This document shows, one piece after another, positions 9,477 through 18,343 of a DNA stretch of 64,000 nt. The position numbers and the translations under genes are program-made. Positions within the stretch are counted from its first letter, which is position 1. Each line of letters opens with the position of its first letter. The DNA is from Thermodesulfobium acidiphilum. Its GTDB lineage: Bacteria > Thermodesulfobiota > Thermodesulfobiia > Thermodesulfobiales > Thermodesulfobiaceae. The notes below the pieces were generated by a model that made no database searches, had not been told where the DNA came from, and saw only the letters and a program-made list of their open reading frames with translations. The stretch covers positions 270,100 to 334,099 of the forward strand of contig NZ_CP020921.1 in NCBI RefSeq assembly GCF_003057965.1, read 5' to 3'.

Positions 9477-10649
9477 CTAGACTGCTAAATTGGACTTTTT
9501 GTTGAGAATCTTTTGGACATCATTGTAGATGTACATAAGTTCTTTGTCGAAAAGTGGTCTCTTTAACTGGATAGACATATTTCTTACGTTTTCGAGTATC
9601 AATTTTGTTTCTTCTTTGCTGAGTTCTATACCAAATTGATTAAATTTGCTCCTTATGGCGGCACTCCCGGAGTGCTTGCCTATTATAATTTGTCTGACGA
9701 GACCAACCTCATCAGGTGAAAATGCTTCGTAAGTTGTTGGATTTTTTAGCACTCCATCGGCGTGTATACCAGATTCATGGGCAAAAATGTTAGCTCCAAC
9801 AATCGTTTTCCATATTGGGATTTGTCTTGATGATGCGTTAGCTACATACTCGCATATTTCTATAAATTTCTTTGTTTTGAACCCCAGATCTATGTTGTGT
9901 ATTATTTTAAGGGCCATTACAACTTCTTCCAATGCAGCATTGCCTGCTCTTTCTCCCAGTCCATTCACGGTTACTCCTACATACCTTGCACCGCCTCTTA
10001 CTCCTGCCAGAGCGTTGGCGGTAGCCATTCCGAAGTCATTATGTGTGTGCATCTCTATATCAATTCCTACGCTATCGCGGATTGTTTTGATTTTTGAGAA
10101 GGTTTCAAATGGGTCAAGTATTCCTAATGTATCGCAAAACCTCAGCCTATCAGCACCAGACTCCTTTGCCTTTTCAGCGAATTTGATAAGGAAATCCATT
10201 TCTGATCTTGACGCGTCCTCTGCATTTGCAGAAACATAAAGCCCCTTTGATTTCGCAAATTCTACGGCTTTAGACATAGAATCTAAAACGTCTTCCCTTG
10301 AAGACTTTAATTTGTGTTTGATATGTATGTCTGATGTAGATATAGAAATGGCTACAGCATCTACTCCGCAATCGATTGAATTTTTTATATCTTCAATAAC
10401 GGCTCTATTCCATGCCATTATTGAGGCCTTTAGCCCCAGATTGACTATAGATTTTATAGCTTCTTTTTCTGCGCCGCCCATAGCGGGTATTCCAACTTCT
10501 ATTTGGTTAACACCTATTTCGTCCAACATCTTTGCAATATGAATCTTTTCTTGATTAGCAAAGACGACTCCTGCTGTTTGTTCTCCGTCTCTGAGAGTGG
10601 TGTCCACGATAAAAATTTTATCAACAAAATCTTTAAGAGATAGATACAA
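9477..10649 (-). CDS. nifV: Homocitrate synthase (NifV/AksA-like, DRE-TIM family)
   Basis: DTTLRDGEQTAGVVF, HTHNDFGMATAN, GLGERAGNA, FAHESGIHADG; no LeuA regulatory domain. TTG start 6 nt after GGAGGTG. Confidence 0.8.
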   Translation of the reverse strand: MYLSLKDFVDKIFIVDTTLRDGEQTAGVVFANQEKIHIAKMLDEIGVNQIEVGIPAMGGAEKEAIKSIVNLGLKASIMAWNRAVIEDIKNSIDCGVDAVAISISTSDIHIKHKLKSSREDVLDSMSKAVEFAKSKGLYVSANAEDASRSEMDFLIKFAEKAKESGADRLRFCDTLGILDPFETFSKIKTIRDSVGIDIEMHTHNDFGMATANALAGVRGGARYVGVTVNGLGERAGNAALEEVVMALKIIHNIDLGFKTKKFIEICEYVANASSRQIPIWKTIVGANIFAHESGIHADGVLKNPTTYEAFSPDEVGLVRQIIIGKHSGSAAIRSKFNQFGIELSKEETKLILENVRNMSIQLKRPLFDKELMYIYNDVQKILNKKSNLAV

Positions 10650-10716
10650 ATCAGTCACCTCCACACTTTTTCATATAAAATTTTAATTTAAACAAAGTTT
10701 TTTGTAAAATTTTATG

Positions 10717-10731
10717 AATTGTCAGACAATT
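10717..10731. promoter_or_regulatory. Palindromic candidate operator AATTGTCAGACAATT
   Basis: Perfect 7-1-7 inverted repeat in the divergent nifV/sufC intergenic region. Confidence 0.5.
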
Positions 10732-10820
10732 TTACACTCAGTTTCTCCATTCAAGTTTTTTGATTAGTCCTTTTTATGTTAAAATTGGACATATATTAAA
10801 TCTTTTTAGTGAGGTAAAAT

Positions 10821-11561
10821 ATGCAAGAAATGCTGCAGGTAGTAGATTTATGGGTATCTGTAGAGGGTAAGCAGGTATTAAAAGGCGTAGACTTTTCTAT
10901 GGGATACGGAGACGTATATGTTCTCTTTGGTCCAAATGGTGCAGGCAAGACGTCTTTTATGATGTCTTTGATGGGATTTCCAAAATATAAAGTAGAACAG
11001 GGTAAGATTTATTTTAAAGGAGAGGATATTACAAATAAAGACATATATGAGAGGGCGAAATTAGGTATAGGCCTTTCATTTCAAAGGCCACCAACGGTGA
11101 GCGGAGTTAGCCTTGAGAGGTTAATAAAGTTGCTTAGCAAGAATAATGGTATATCTGATGAAGAAGTTGAAAACATATTGGAGAGCTTGAAAATTAAAGA
11201 TCACATAAAAAGATACATTAACGATGGGTTTTCTGGTGGAGAAATGAAGAGGTCCGAAATATTACAACTTATGCTTCAGAAACCTGAATTTGTGCTTATA
11301 GATGAGCCCGAATCAGGTGTAGACATGGAAAACATATCACTTGTAGGACATGCAATTAATCATCTGTTAGGTAAAGATAAGGTGAGAAGTCCAAAAAGAA
11401 GTGCCCTAATAATAACGCATACTGGATACATCCTGGATTTTGTAAACGCTGATAAAGGGTATATATTTATAAACGGGAGAATAATATGTACAGGCAATCC
11501 CAGGGATATGCTGAACGAGATTAAAAGAAATGGCTATAAGGGGTGTCAGGTATGCCAATAA
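10821..11561 (+). CDS. sufC: Fe-S assembly ABC ATPase SufC (SmsC-type)
   Basis: GPNGAGKT, GFSGGEMKRSE, DEPESGVD, C-terminal C-x18-CxxC. Confidence 0.9.
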   Translation: MQEMLQVVDLWVSVEGKQVLKGVDFSMGYGDVYVLFGPNGAGKTSFMMSLMGFPKYKVEQGKIYFKGEDITNKDIYERAKLGIGLSFQRPPTVSGVSLERLIKLLSKNNGISDEEVENILESLKIKDHIKRYINDGFSGGEMKRSEILQLMLQKPEFVLIDEPESGVDMENISLVGHAINHLLGKDKVRSPKRSALIITHTGYILDFVNADKGYIFINGRIICTGNPRDMLNEIKRNGYKGCQVCQ

Positions 11562-12802
11562 GTGAAAAAAGGCTCTCTGAAATAATATCTCTTGCCAATG
11601 CTGCCAGAGAAAAAAAGGCTGTTTTCGGTCCTGATGTGGATCTTGAGAGATTTAAGGAATTAGTGGAAAGAGATAGGGTTGAAAGCCTGGCTTCTTTAAA
11701 GGCTCAAACTATGGAAGCCGCTATTATGAGCGGAATGGACATAAAGGAAGAGACAAGAAGTGGCTCCTTTTTTCAGTTAAATCACAGCGTTATATATGAA
11801 AGCCTTAACGAGAAGTATAAAGATCAACTTCAAATAATGAGCACTGATGATGCACTTAGTAAGTTTGATTGGATAGAAGATTATTTCTGGAGGGTGGTCA
11901 AACCAGATCAGGATAAGTACACTGCAGCAGTGGCCCTTAACCCTACACATGGTTATTTTATGAGAGTGTTTCCTAATCAACACGTAGAATATCCTTTGCA
12001 GGCGTGTCTTCTTATAGATGAGGGAAACATTAGTCAAAATGTTCACAACATAATAATAGTAGAAGAAGGTGCGTCTCTTAACGTTATTACAGGGTGTTCT
12101 CTATCGAAAAATGATGCCGAAGGAATTCACCTTGGGATTAGTGAGTTTTACGTAAAGAAGGGTGCAAGTCTAACCTTTACGATGATACACAACTGGGCAG
12201 ATAATTTTGATGTTAGACCAAGAACAGGAGTGTATCTCGAAGAAGACGCTAGATACGTTAACAATTATATTCTTTTAAAGCCTGTAAAGTCTATTCAGTC
12301 TGCGCCAAATGTATATCTTGCAGGGGAAAATGCTACAGCACAGTTTAATAACGTGATATATGGTCTTGGAAATTCTTATATTGATCTCGGATCAAAGATG
12401 TATTTGGATGCTCCAAATACTCGCGCAGAATCTATTGCAAGGACTATTGCTGCAGATAAAAGCGTGATATATTCAAGAGGAGATATGATAGCAAGGACAA
12501 AAGATTTTTGTATGGCACATCTTGACTGTAGAGGGATAGTTTTTTCTAAGGAAGCCACGATGTATGCAATTCCTGCTCTTGTCTCAGAGGGATCTGTAAA
12601 GGCACATCTCTCTCATGAGGCATCGATTGGTCCTATTTCTCAAGAGCAAGTAGAATATTTGATGAGTAGGGGTATAGAAAAAGACGATGCCGTGTCGTTG
12701 ATTACCACGGGTTTTTTGAACTTAAACATTCCATATATCCCTGCATTTATCAACAATAAGATTAAAGATATTATAAACGCCACTGCAAAGGATGCCCTGT
12801 GA
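11552..12802 (+). CDS. sufB: SufB/SufD-family Fe-S scaffold (SmsB-type)
   Basis: QNVHNIIIVEEGA, TMIHNW, AHLDCRG, LSHEASIG, EYLMSRG. Confidence 0.85.
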   Translation: MPISEKRLSEIISLANAAREKKAVFGPDVDLERFKELVERDRVESLASLKAQTMEAAIMSGMDIKEETRSGSFFQLNHSVIYESLNEKYKDQLQIMSTDDALSKFDWIEDYFWRVVKPDQDKYTAAVALNPTHGYFMRVFPNQHVEYPLQACLLIDEGNISQNVHNIIIVEEGASLNVITGCSLSKNDAEGIHLGISEFYVKKGASLTFTMIHNWADNFDVRPRTGVYLEEDARYVNNYILLKPVKSIQSAPNVYLAGENATAQFNNVIYGLGNSYIDLGSKMYLDAPNTRAESIARTIAADKSVIYSRGDMIARTKDFCMAHLDCRGIVFSKEATMYAIPALVSEGSVKAHLSHEASIGPISQEQVEYLMSRGIEKDDAVSLITTGFLNLNIPYIPAFINNKIKDIINATAKDAL

Positions 12803-13641
12803 TGAGAGTCTTTTTCGATAAGAAATCTTTAAGAAAATTCTTAGAAGAAAAGAGATCTACGGGTAAGACAATATCTCTGGTGCCAACAATGGGATGTTTG
12901 CATGATGGGCACATATCCTTAGTTAGGAGAGCAAGGGGGATGTCGGGAATTGTAGTAGTGTCAATTTTTGTTAATCCGATACAGTTTGGCCCGAACGAAG
13001 ACCTGGATAGATATCCTAGAGATCTTGGCTCAGATCTCAGGCTTCTTGATAGAGAGGGAGCTGATGCGGTATTTTGTCCTAATTCTGAAGAGATGTATCC
13101 AGAAAAACAGCTTTGTTTTGTGGAAGTAAAGGACCTTCAGGACAGGCTTTGCGGCCTGTTCAGACCGGGCCACTTTAAAGGCGTTTGTACAGTAGTTGCC
13201 AAGCTTTTTAATATCGTTCAGCCTGATTTTGCCCACTTTGGTGAGAAGGACTTTCAACAACTGGTAATCTTGAGAAAGATGGTGAAAGACTTAGATTTTC
13301 CAATTAAAATTGTCCCATCGCCTATTGTAAGGGATAGCGATAATCTGGCATTAAGTTCGAGAAATTTATATTTAACTCCTGATGAAAGAAAAATTGCTTT
13401 GAATCTTAGTAAAGAACTTTTTTGGATAAAAGAAAGAATTGAATCGGGAAATTATGATATAAAAATTCTTGAAGATTCAAAGGAAAGACTTAAGGAAGAA
13501 GGGATAAAGTTAGACTATCTTCAGGCTGTCAATACAGAAAATCTTGTTGAAAAATCAGATCTAACCCCACCTGTAGCGGTTCTTGTAGCGGGTTGGATTG
13601 GAAAAGTTCGATTAATAGATAATATTATAGTTGAGTCATAA
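12799..13641 (+). CDS. panC: Pantoate--beta-alanine ligase
   Basis: VPTMGCLHDGH, SIFVNPIQF, RPGHF, FGEKDFQQ, ALSSRN, RLIDN. Confidence 0.97.
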   Translation: MMRVFFDKKSLRKFLEEKRSTGKTISLVPTMGCLHDGHISLVRRARGMSGIVVVSIFVNPIQFGPNEDLDRYPRDLGSDLRLLDREGADAVFCPNSEEMYPEKQLCFVEVKDLQDRLCGLFRPGHFKGVCTVVAKLFNIVQPDFAHFGEKDFQQLVILRKMVKDLDFPIKIVPSPIVRDSDNLALSSRNLYLTPDERKIALNLSKELFWIKERIESGNYDIKILEDSKERLKEEGIKLDYLQAVNTENLVEKSDLTPPVAVLVAGWIGKVRLIDNIIVES

Positions 13642-14601
13642 ATGGATTTTTTGATTGGTTATTTTGGCGCTGGTAATGTAGGAGACGATGCAATACTTCA
13701 GGCATACCTTCTGAAAAACAAAAATGCAGTTAAGATCCTCTGGAACTCTAAAAAATCGGCTTTAAACCACGTAGAGAAAGAAAGTTTATTTGATGTTCTT
13801 AAAAATATTTTTCTGGCAGATAGAATAATATTTCCTGGTGGGGGTATTATTCAGGACAGGACCAGTTTTTTTAGCCTTCTTTTTTATACTGGGATAGTTT
13901 TTATTGCAAGTTTGTTAAAAAAAAGAATTTACATGTTGTCTCAATCACTGGGCCCCATAGAGCGTAGTAGATCAAAATTTTTTGTTAAGGCGCTTAACAA
14001 CGTTGAAGTTTTAGCCCTCAGAGATCCTATTTCCATTTCTCTAGCAAAAAGGCTAAGACTGAGAAGCGATATTATTAAAGAAGTTTCTGACATCACTTTG
14101 ACCATAGATTTCGTACTGCCGAAAAAAGAAAAAATCTTTGGAATCAACCTTAGAAATTGCGAAGAATCTTCACGAGCAGTTCAAGAACTGGTAATCTTTT
14201 CTGAGAGATTGAAAAGCGAAGGCTTTTTAATAAGAGGCGTAGCTTTTGATAAAGAAGATGAGAGGTTTCTAAAAAGTTTACCTATAAAGTTCGATGAAAT
14301 TTTTTATGGTAATTTCATAAACTCATTCAGATCGGTTGCGCAATGTGAGATGTTTGTTGCTACCAGATTTCACAGTGCAGCCTTTTGTGTAAAGTCTTTA
14401 ACGCCTTTTGTTGCGATCGATTATGACCCTAAAGTTAGAGGTTTTATGAGGCAGGTTGGTTTAGAAAAATATTGTTATAAATCGCCTTCTTTTGAAGAAC
14501 TTTTAGAATTTTATAATAATAAAAAGTTTATAGAAAAGCAGATTTCCATGAGAATAGGTGAACTTGAAAAATTAGCATACAAAAATTTTGAATTCATTTA
14601 A
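13642..14601 (+). CDS. csaB: Polysaccharide pyruvyl transferase CsaB family
   Basis: GYFGAGNVGDDAIL, GGGIIQDRTS, QSLGP, RFHS, YDPKV. Confidence 0.85.
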   Translation: MDFLIGYFGAGNVGDDAILQAYLLKNKNAVKILWNSKKSALNHVEKESLFDVLKNIFLADRIIFPGGGIIQDRTSFFSLLFYTGIVFIASLLKKRIYMLSQSLGPIERSRSKFFVKALNNVEVLALRDPISISLAKRLRLRSDIIKEVSDITLTIDFVLPKKEKIFGINLRNCEESSRAVQELVIFSERLKSEGFLIRGVAFDKEDERFLKSLPIKFDEIFYGNFINSFRSVAQCEMFVATRFHSAAFCVKSLTPFVAIDYDPKVRGFMRQVGLEKYCYKSPSFEELLEFYNNKKFIEKQISMRIGELEKLAYKNFEFI

Positions 14602-15325
14602 CGCTATGCGAAAATTTTTATTTGACAAAGTGCCGGTAGATATTGTTAGTTTTGAAGAAATACTAAATCTTTTTGAAAAAAGGCTTGTTAAAAATTTAGG
14701 CCTTAGAATTATAACCCTTAATCCAGAGATGGTTATGTATTCTATGAAAAAGAATGATAGCTCAAGTGTTATGCTTGAAACCTTTAATAAGGCAGACCTT
14801 GTGGTTCCTGATGGAATAGGGATTGCTATTTTTTTAAACACAAAAAGAATGAGTGGAATAGATCTTATTCCACATTTTTTAGAGATATGCAAAAGGCACA
14901 ATAAAGGAGTTTATTTAATAGGTTCCACAGATGAAGTAGTCAAATCGCTAAGCGAAAAGTTACTAAAAACGGGCATAAACGTATCGGGTTATGAAAACGG
15001 TTATTTTACTGACTTTAAGCCGTCTATAGAGAGGATTATCTCATCTGGCGCAACTTTTGTAATGGCTGCTATGGGTTTCCCAAAACAAGAGATTTTCTTA
15101 AATGAACTCTTTAAAGTTAAGAACGATATAATTGGTATTGGAGTAGGAGGTTCTTTTGATGTTTTATCTGGTAAGAAGAAAAGAGCGCCAGAAATATTTA
15201 GAAATTTTGGGCTTGAATGGTTATACAGGCTGCTTAGTGAGCCTGCAAGGTTGAAAAGAATGCTTGTTTTGCCTAAATTTGCTTTGCTTGCGTTTTTCTG
15301 GAGAATGAAAAAATTTGGAGAATGA
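14588..15325 (+). CDS. WecB/TagA/CpsF family glycosyltransferase
   Basis: TLNPE, VVPDGIG, MGFPKQE, GVGGSFDV, GLEWLYRL. Confidence 0.92.
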   Translation: MNSFNAMRKFLFDKVPVDIVSFEEILNLFEKRLVKNLGLRIITLNPEMVMYSMKKNDSSSVMLETFNKADLVVPDGIGIAIFLNTKRMSGIDLIPHFLEICKRHNKGVYLIGSTDEVVKSLSEKLLKTGINVSGYENGYFTDFKPSIERIISSGATFVMAAMGFPKQEIFLNELFKVKNDIIGIGVGGSFDVLSGKKKRAPEIFRNFGLEWLYRLLSEPARLKRMLVLPKFALLAFFWRMKKFGE

Positions 15326-15329
15326 GAAG

Positions 15330-16055
15330 ATGATTGAGACAAAGGTTATAAAAACTGAAAAAATTAGCAATTTTCATTTTTTAATGGATTTGAAAGTAGA
15401 AGGGAACTTTAATCCCTTACCGGGACAGTATTTTATGTTAAAAGTAAATAACTTAAACGATCCATTTTTTATGAGACCATTTAGCGTTTTTGATTTTGAT
15501 TTTGGTAGGTTAAGTTTTTTGATTGAAATAAAGGGCAAGGGAACGACAATTTTGAGCAAGATGAAAGAGGGCGATTTTTTAAAAATTAGGGGCCCCTTAG
15601 GTAATGGTTTTCGTTTCAATGGAATTAAAAACGCCTTGCTTTATGCAGGAGGAACGGGAATAGCACCAATATTTTATCTGGCAAAACACCTCAAAAAAAT
15701 AGGGGTTGAGTCAGACGTTGTTTTAGGTTTCAGGAATAAGGAGAGGGTAATATGTGTAGACAGATTCTCTGAATTGGGTAATATTTATGTTTTTACTGAT
15801 GACGGAACATATGCAAATAAGGGTACGGTGATTGACTTTAAATTAGAAAGGACTTATGATTCTATTTTTGCTTGTGGGCCTGTTTTAATGCTTAAAGCGA
15901 TTCAAAGAAGACACAAAGGGGCACAGATTAGTTTGGAGTCTGTTTTTGCTTGTGGGGCAGGAGCATGCATGGGATGTGTGGTAAAAAGCGTTAGGGGATA
16001 TTTGAGAGTTTGTAAAGATGGCCCTGTCTTTAACGCAGAAGAAATCATATTCTAA
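15330..16055 (+). CDS. pyrK: Dihydroorotate dehydrogenase electron transfer subunit
   Basis: RPFS, GPLGNGF, GGTGIAP, ACGP, CGAGACMGC..RVCKDGPVF [2Fe-2S] motif. Confidence 0.8.
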   Translation: MIETKVIKTEKISNFHFLMDLKVEGNFNPLPGQYFMLKVNNLNDPFFMRPFSVFDFDFGRLSFLIEIKGKGTTILSKMKEGDFLKIRGPLGNGFRFNGIKNALLYAGGTGIAPIFYLAKHLKKIGVESDVVLGFRNKERVICVDRFSELGNIYVFTDDGTYANKGTVIDFKLERTYDSIFACGPVLMLKAIQRRHKGAQISLESVFACGAGACMGCVVKSVRGYLRVCKDGPVFNAEEIIF

Positions 16056-16082
16056 AGATGTCTTTTGGTTTAATAAAAAAAA

Positions 16083-16159
<77 letters not shown>

Positions 16160-16189
16160 ACAGATTGTAATTCTAAACTTTTTATAATG

Positions 16190-16645
16190 TTATGTCAATA
16201 TTTGTCTTGAGCGTTTGTATAAGTTTTTTTTGTTTCTTATTTCCTTGAAAAATCTATCTATTAAATTTTTAAATCTTTCGTCAAACATTTCTCTACAAAA
16301 AATATTGTTTGATTCCAGGATATACCTTGTAGAATATTTTGAGCTAACACAAAATATAACGTTTTTTATCTTGCACTCTATTATCGCTCCAGCACACATT
16401 AAGCAGGGTTCAAGAGAACAGTAAATAGTGGATCCCTGTATGTACCACCTATTATATCTTTGGATAGCGTTTTTTATAGCCAATATTTCTGCATGTTCGA
16501 TAGGAGACTTTGATCTTTCACAGAAATTTTGTGACATAGACAAAATTTTTCCATCCTTGTAAAGAATAGCTCCGACTGGTAATTCCCCAGCATTAAAGGA
16601 TAAAAATGATAAAAAATATAGCATATTTATAATATTATTTGTCAA
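16190..16645 (-). CDS. tadA: tRNA-specific adenosine deaminase
   Basis: ELPVGA, HAE, EPCLMCAGA zinc-deaminase motifs. Confidence 0.85.
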   Translation of the reverse strand: MTNNIINMLYFLSFLSFNAGELPVGAILYKDGKILSMSQNFCERSKSPIEHAEILAIKNAIQRYNRWYIQGSTIYCSLEPCLMCAGAIIECKIKNVIFCVSSKYSTRYILESNNIFCREMFDERFKNLIDRFFKEIRNKKNLYKRSRQILT

Positions 16646-16669
16646 TTTATATCTCCCTTAAGAATACGT

Positions 16670-17343
16670 GTTGCCTCACTTAAAATTCTAAACATAACCA
16701 TAACATATTTTATCTTTATCTTTGCTAATTTTTTTAATAGAATTTCTTACTTCTTCCTTTATGGATATGTCTTCTAGTAATCTTTTTTGAAGTTTTACTA
16801 TTTCTCTTTGAAGTTCAGCTGGATTTAATTTTGTATACCGTTCTCTTAACTTTTCTTTATCTATTTTTTCTACACCAGGATTTTCTAATATTCTTTGATA
16901 AGGAGTTCTTGCTTTATCATATTTTTTTGTAACTTTACTTTCATATTCTTTCTTTTGAGATTTATTTCATTACAGGCTGAAAAAAGTTTATATATAACTT
17001 TAAGCTTTCATAAAGCTTTTTTAAAGTCATTAGCTCAACTTCTCTATCATATCTAAAATAACCAACTTATTATCTTCTCGTGACTAGCTAAAAAAACATG
17101 CATAACTACGATTGTATCCAGTCAAAGCTATTAGCTCATCTAAAATAATGCCTTTTTGTTTCTTGCCTGCTTTTTTATATCTTTTTGCAATTTCACTCAC
17201 CACTGCTTTTCTTTCCTTCATCGTTAACCCCATTTCTAGCCTCCAGAGTTATAGTAACTACTATTCTAAGAGACTTTTTATTTTTATTTAGATTTTTTAT
17301 TTGAGGCAACGATTGTATTTCATTTAGATTTTTGATGAAGCAA
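16670..17343 (-). mobile_element. Internally deleted, degenerate insertion sequence (rve/DDE, ISNCY-type) with terminal inverted repeats
   Basis: GTTGCCTCACTTAAAATTCTAAA (16670-16692) is inverted to TTTAGATTTTTTATTTGAGGCAAC (17287-17310), with a second degenerate copy at 17323-17343; these enclose transposase fragments. Confidence 0.75.
16688..17233 (-). pseudogene. Transposase pseudogene (N- and C-terminal fragments, catalytic core deleted)
   Basis: ATG 17233 after GGAGG gives MGLTMKERKAVVSEIAKRYKKAGKKQKGIILDELIALTGYNRSYA, which joins VGYFRYD..LYINFFQPVMK*ISKERI, then a frameshift to VTKKYDKARTPYQRIL..LNPAELQREI; several in-frame stops. Confidence 0.8.
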
Positions 17344-17447
17344 TTCGAAATATTTTACTTTTTTAAAAAATATGTTATACTAACTTCGATTATTTTTAAA
17401 TACAAAATTTTATAAATTTAATCGCCCGCTTGAAAGGGGGTAGTTTA

Positions 17448-18242
17448 ATGAAAATTTGCACCAAATTGGCAGCGGTTTTAACTGTCCTTTTATTCTTTTT
17501 TCCAGTTTCTGCCGGTGCAAAAAGCCTGGATAGTGCAAAAAATCCTTTTTTATCTAAGGAAGCATTTGTGAAACAAAATAGTGCTGAGGGAGCAAATTCT
17601 ACAATACTGCCATCGTCATCGGGATCTTATAGTACTTCTTTTAAGGAATTATCTCCTGATGAAAATTCTACATCTAATCTTGCAACTACCTTTGGTGCTG
17701 CTATGGTTCAGAGAAATATCGAGAAGACCCTTTCTGCTGCTAATGGTTTTTTGGAGGCAGGAGATACAGAGGATGCGTGGAACGCTTATACCTATGCTAT
17801 GGGTCTTGCCATTTCTCAAAGAAACGTTCAGGCATTAGTTATGGTGGGAGACGGTTTTAGGAAGTTGGGCAGCAATTCTGATGCAAAAAAGGCCTACACT
17901 ATCGCTTTTGCTTTTGCCAAAATGCAAAGGTCATTGGATGGATGTATATTGGCGGGCGACGGCTTCAGGTCTTTAGGAGACAAAGAAGACTCCTGGAATG
18001 CTTACAATTACGCGTTTGGACTTGCTATGAAATTTAGATCTGCATCTGGGGCAATTAAAGCAGGAGATGGTTTCAAGAATGTAGGTTCTAAGGCTGATGC
18101 GTGGACTGCTTATAATTATGCCTTTTCCGTTGCGCTTAGTGAAGGAAACAAAGAAGATCTAATTAAAGCAGGAGATGGCTTCAAATCAATTGGTGCAAGA
18201 TCAGACGCTGAAAACGCCTTTAATTTTGCAAACAACCTATAA
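17448..18242 (+). CDS. Secreted protein with five 36-aa TPR-like repeats
   Basis: Signal peptide (..VSAGA), Ser/Thr-rich linker, repeats xxxGDGFxxLGxxxDAWxAYxYAFxxA; ATG after AGGGGG. Confidence 0.8.
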   Translation: MKICTKLAAVLTVLLFFFPVSAGAKSLDSAKNPFLSKEAFVKQNSAEGANSTILPSSSGSYSTSFKELSPDENSTSNLATTFGAAMVQRNIEKTLSAANGFLEAGDTEDAWNAYTYAMGLAISQRNVQALVMVGDGFRKLGSNSDAKKAYTIAFAFAKMQRSLDGCILAGDGFRSLGDKEDSWNAYNYAFGLAMKFRSASGAIKAGDGFKNVGSKADAWTAYNYAFSVALSEGNKEDLIKAGDGFKSIGARSDAENAFNFANNL

Positions 18243-18343
18243 CCTTTAGAGTAAAAGGCGGTTCTGGATAAAGAATAAGGGGATAGAGCAGGGGATTTCC
18301 TTCCTTAGCTCGTGTTTTAAACCAGGAAAGGAGGAAAGAATGG

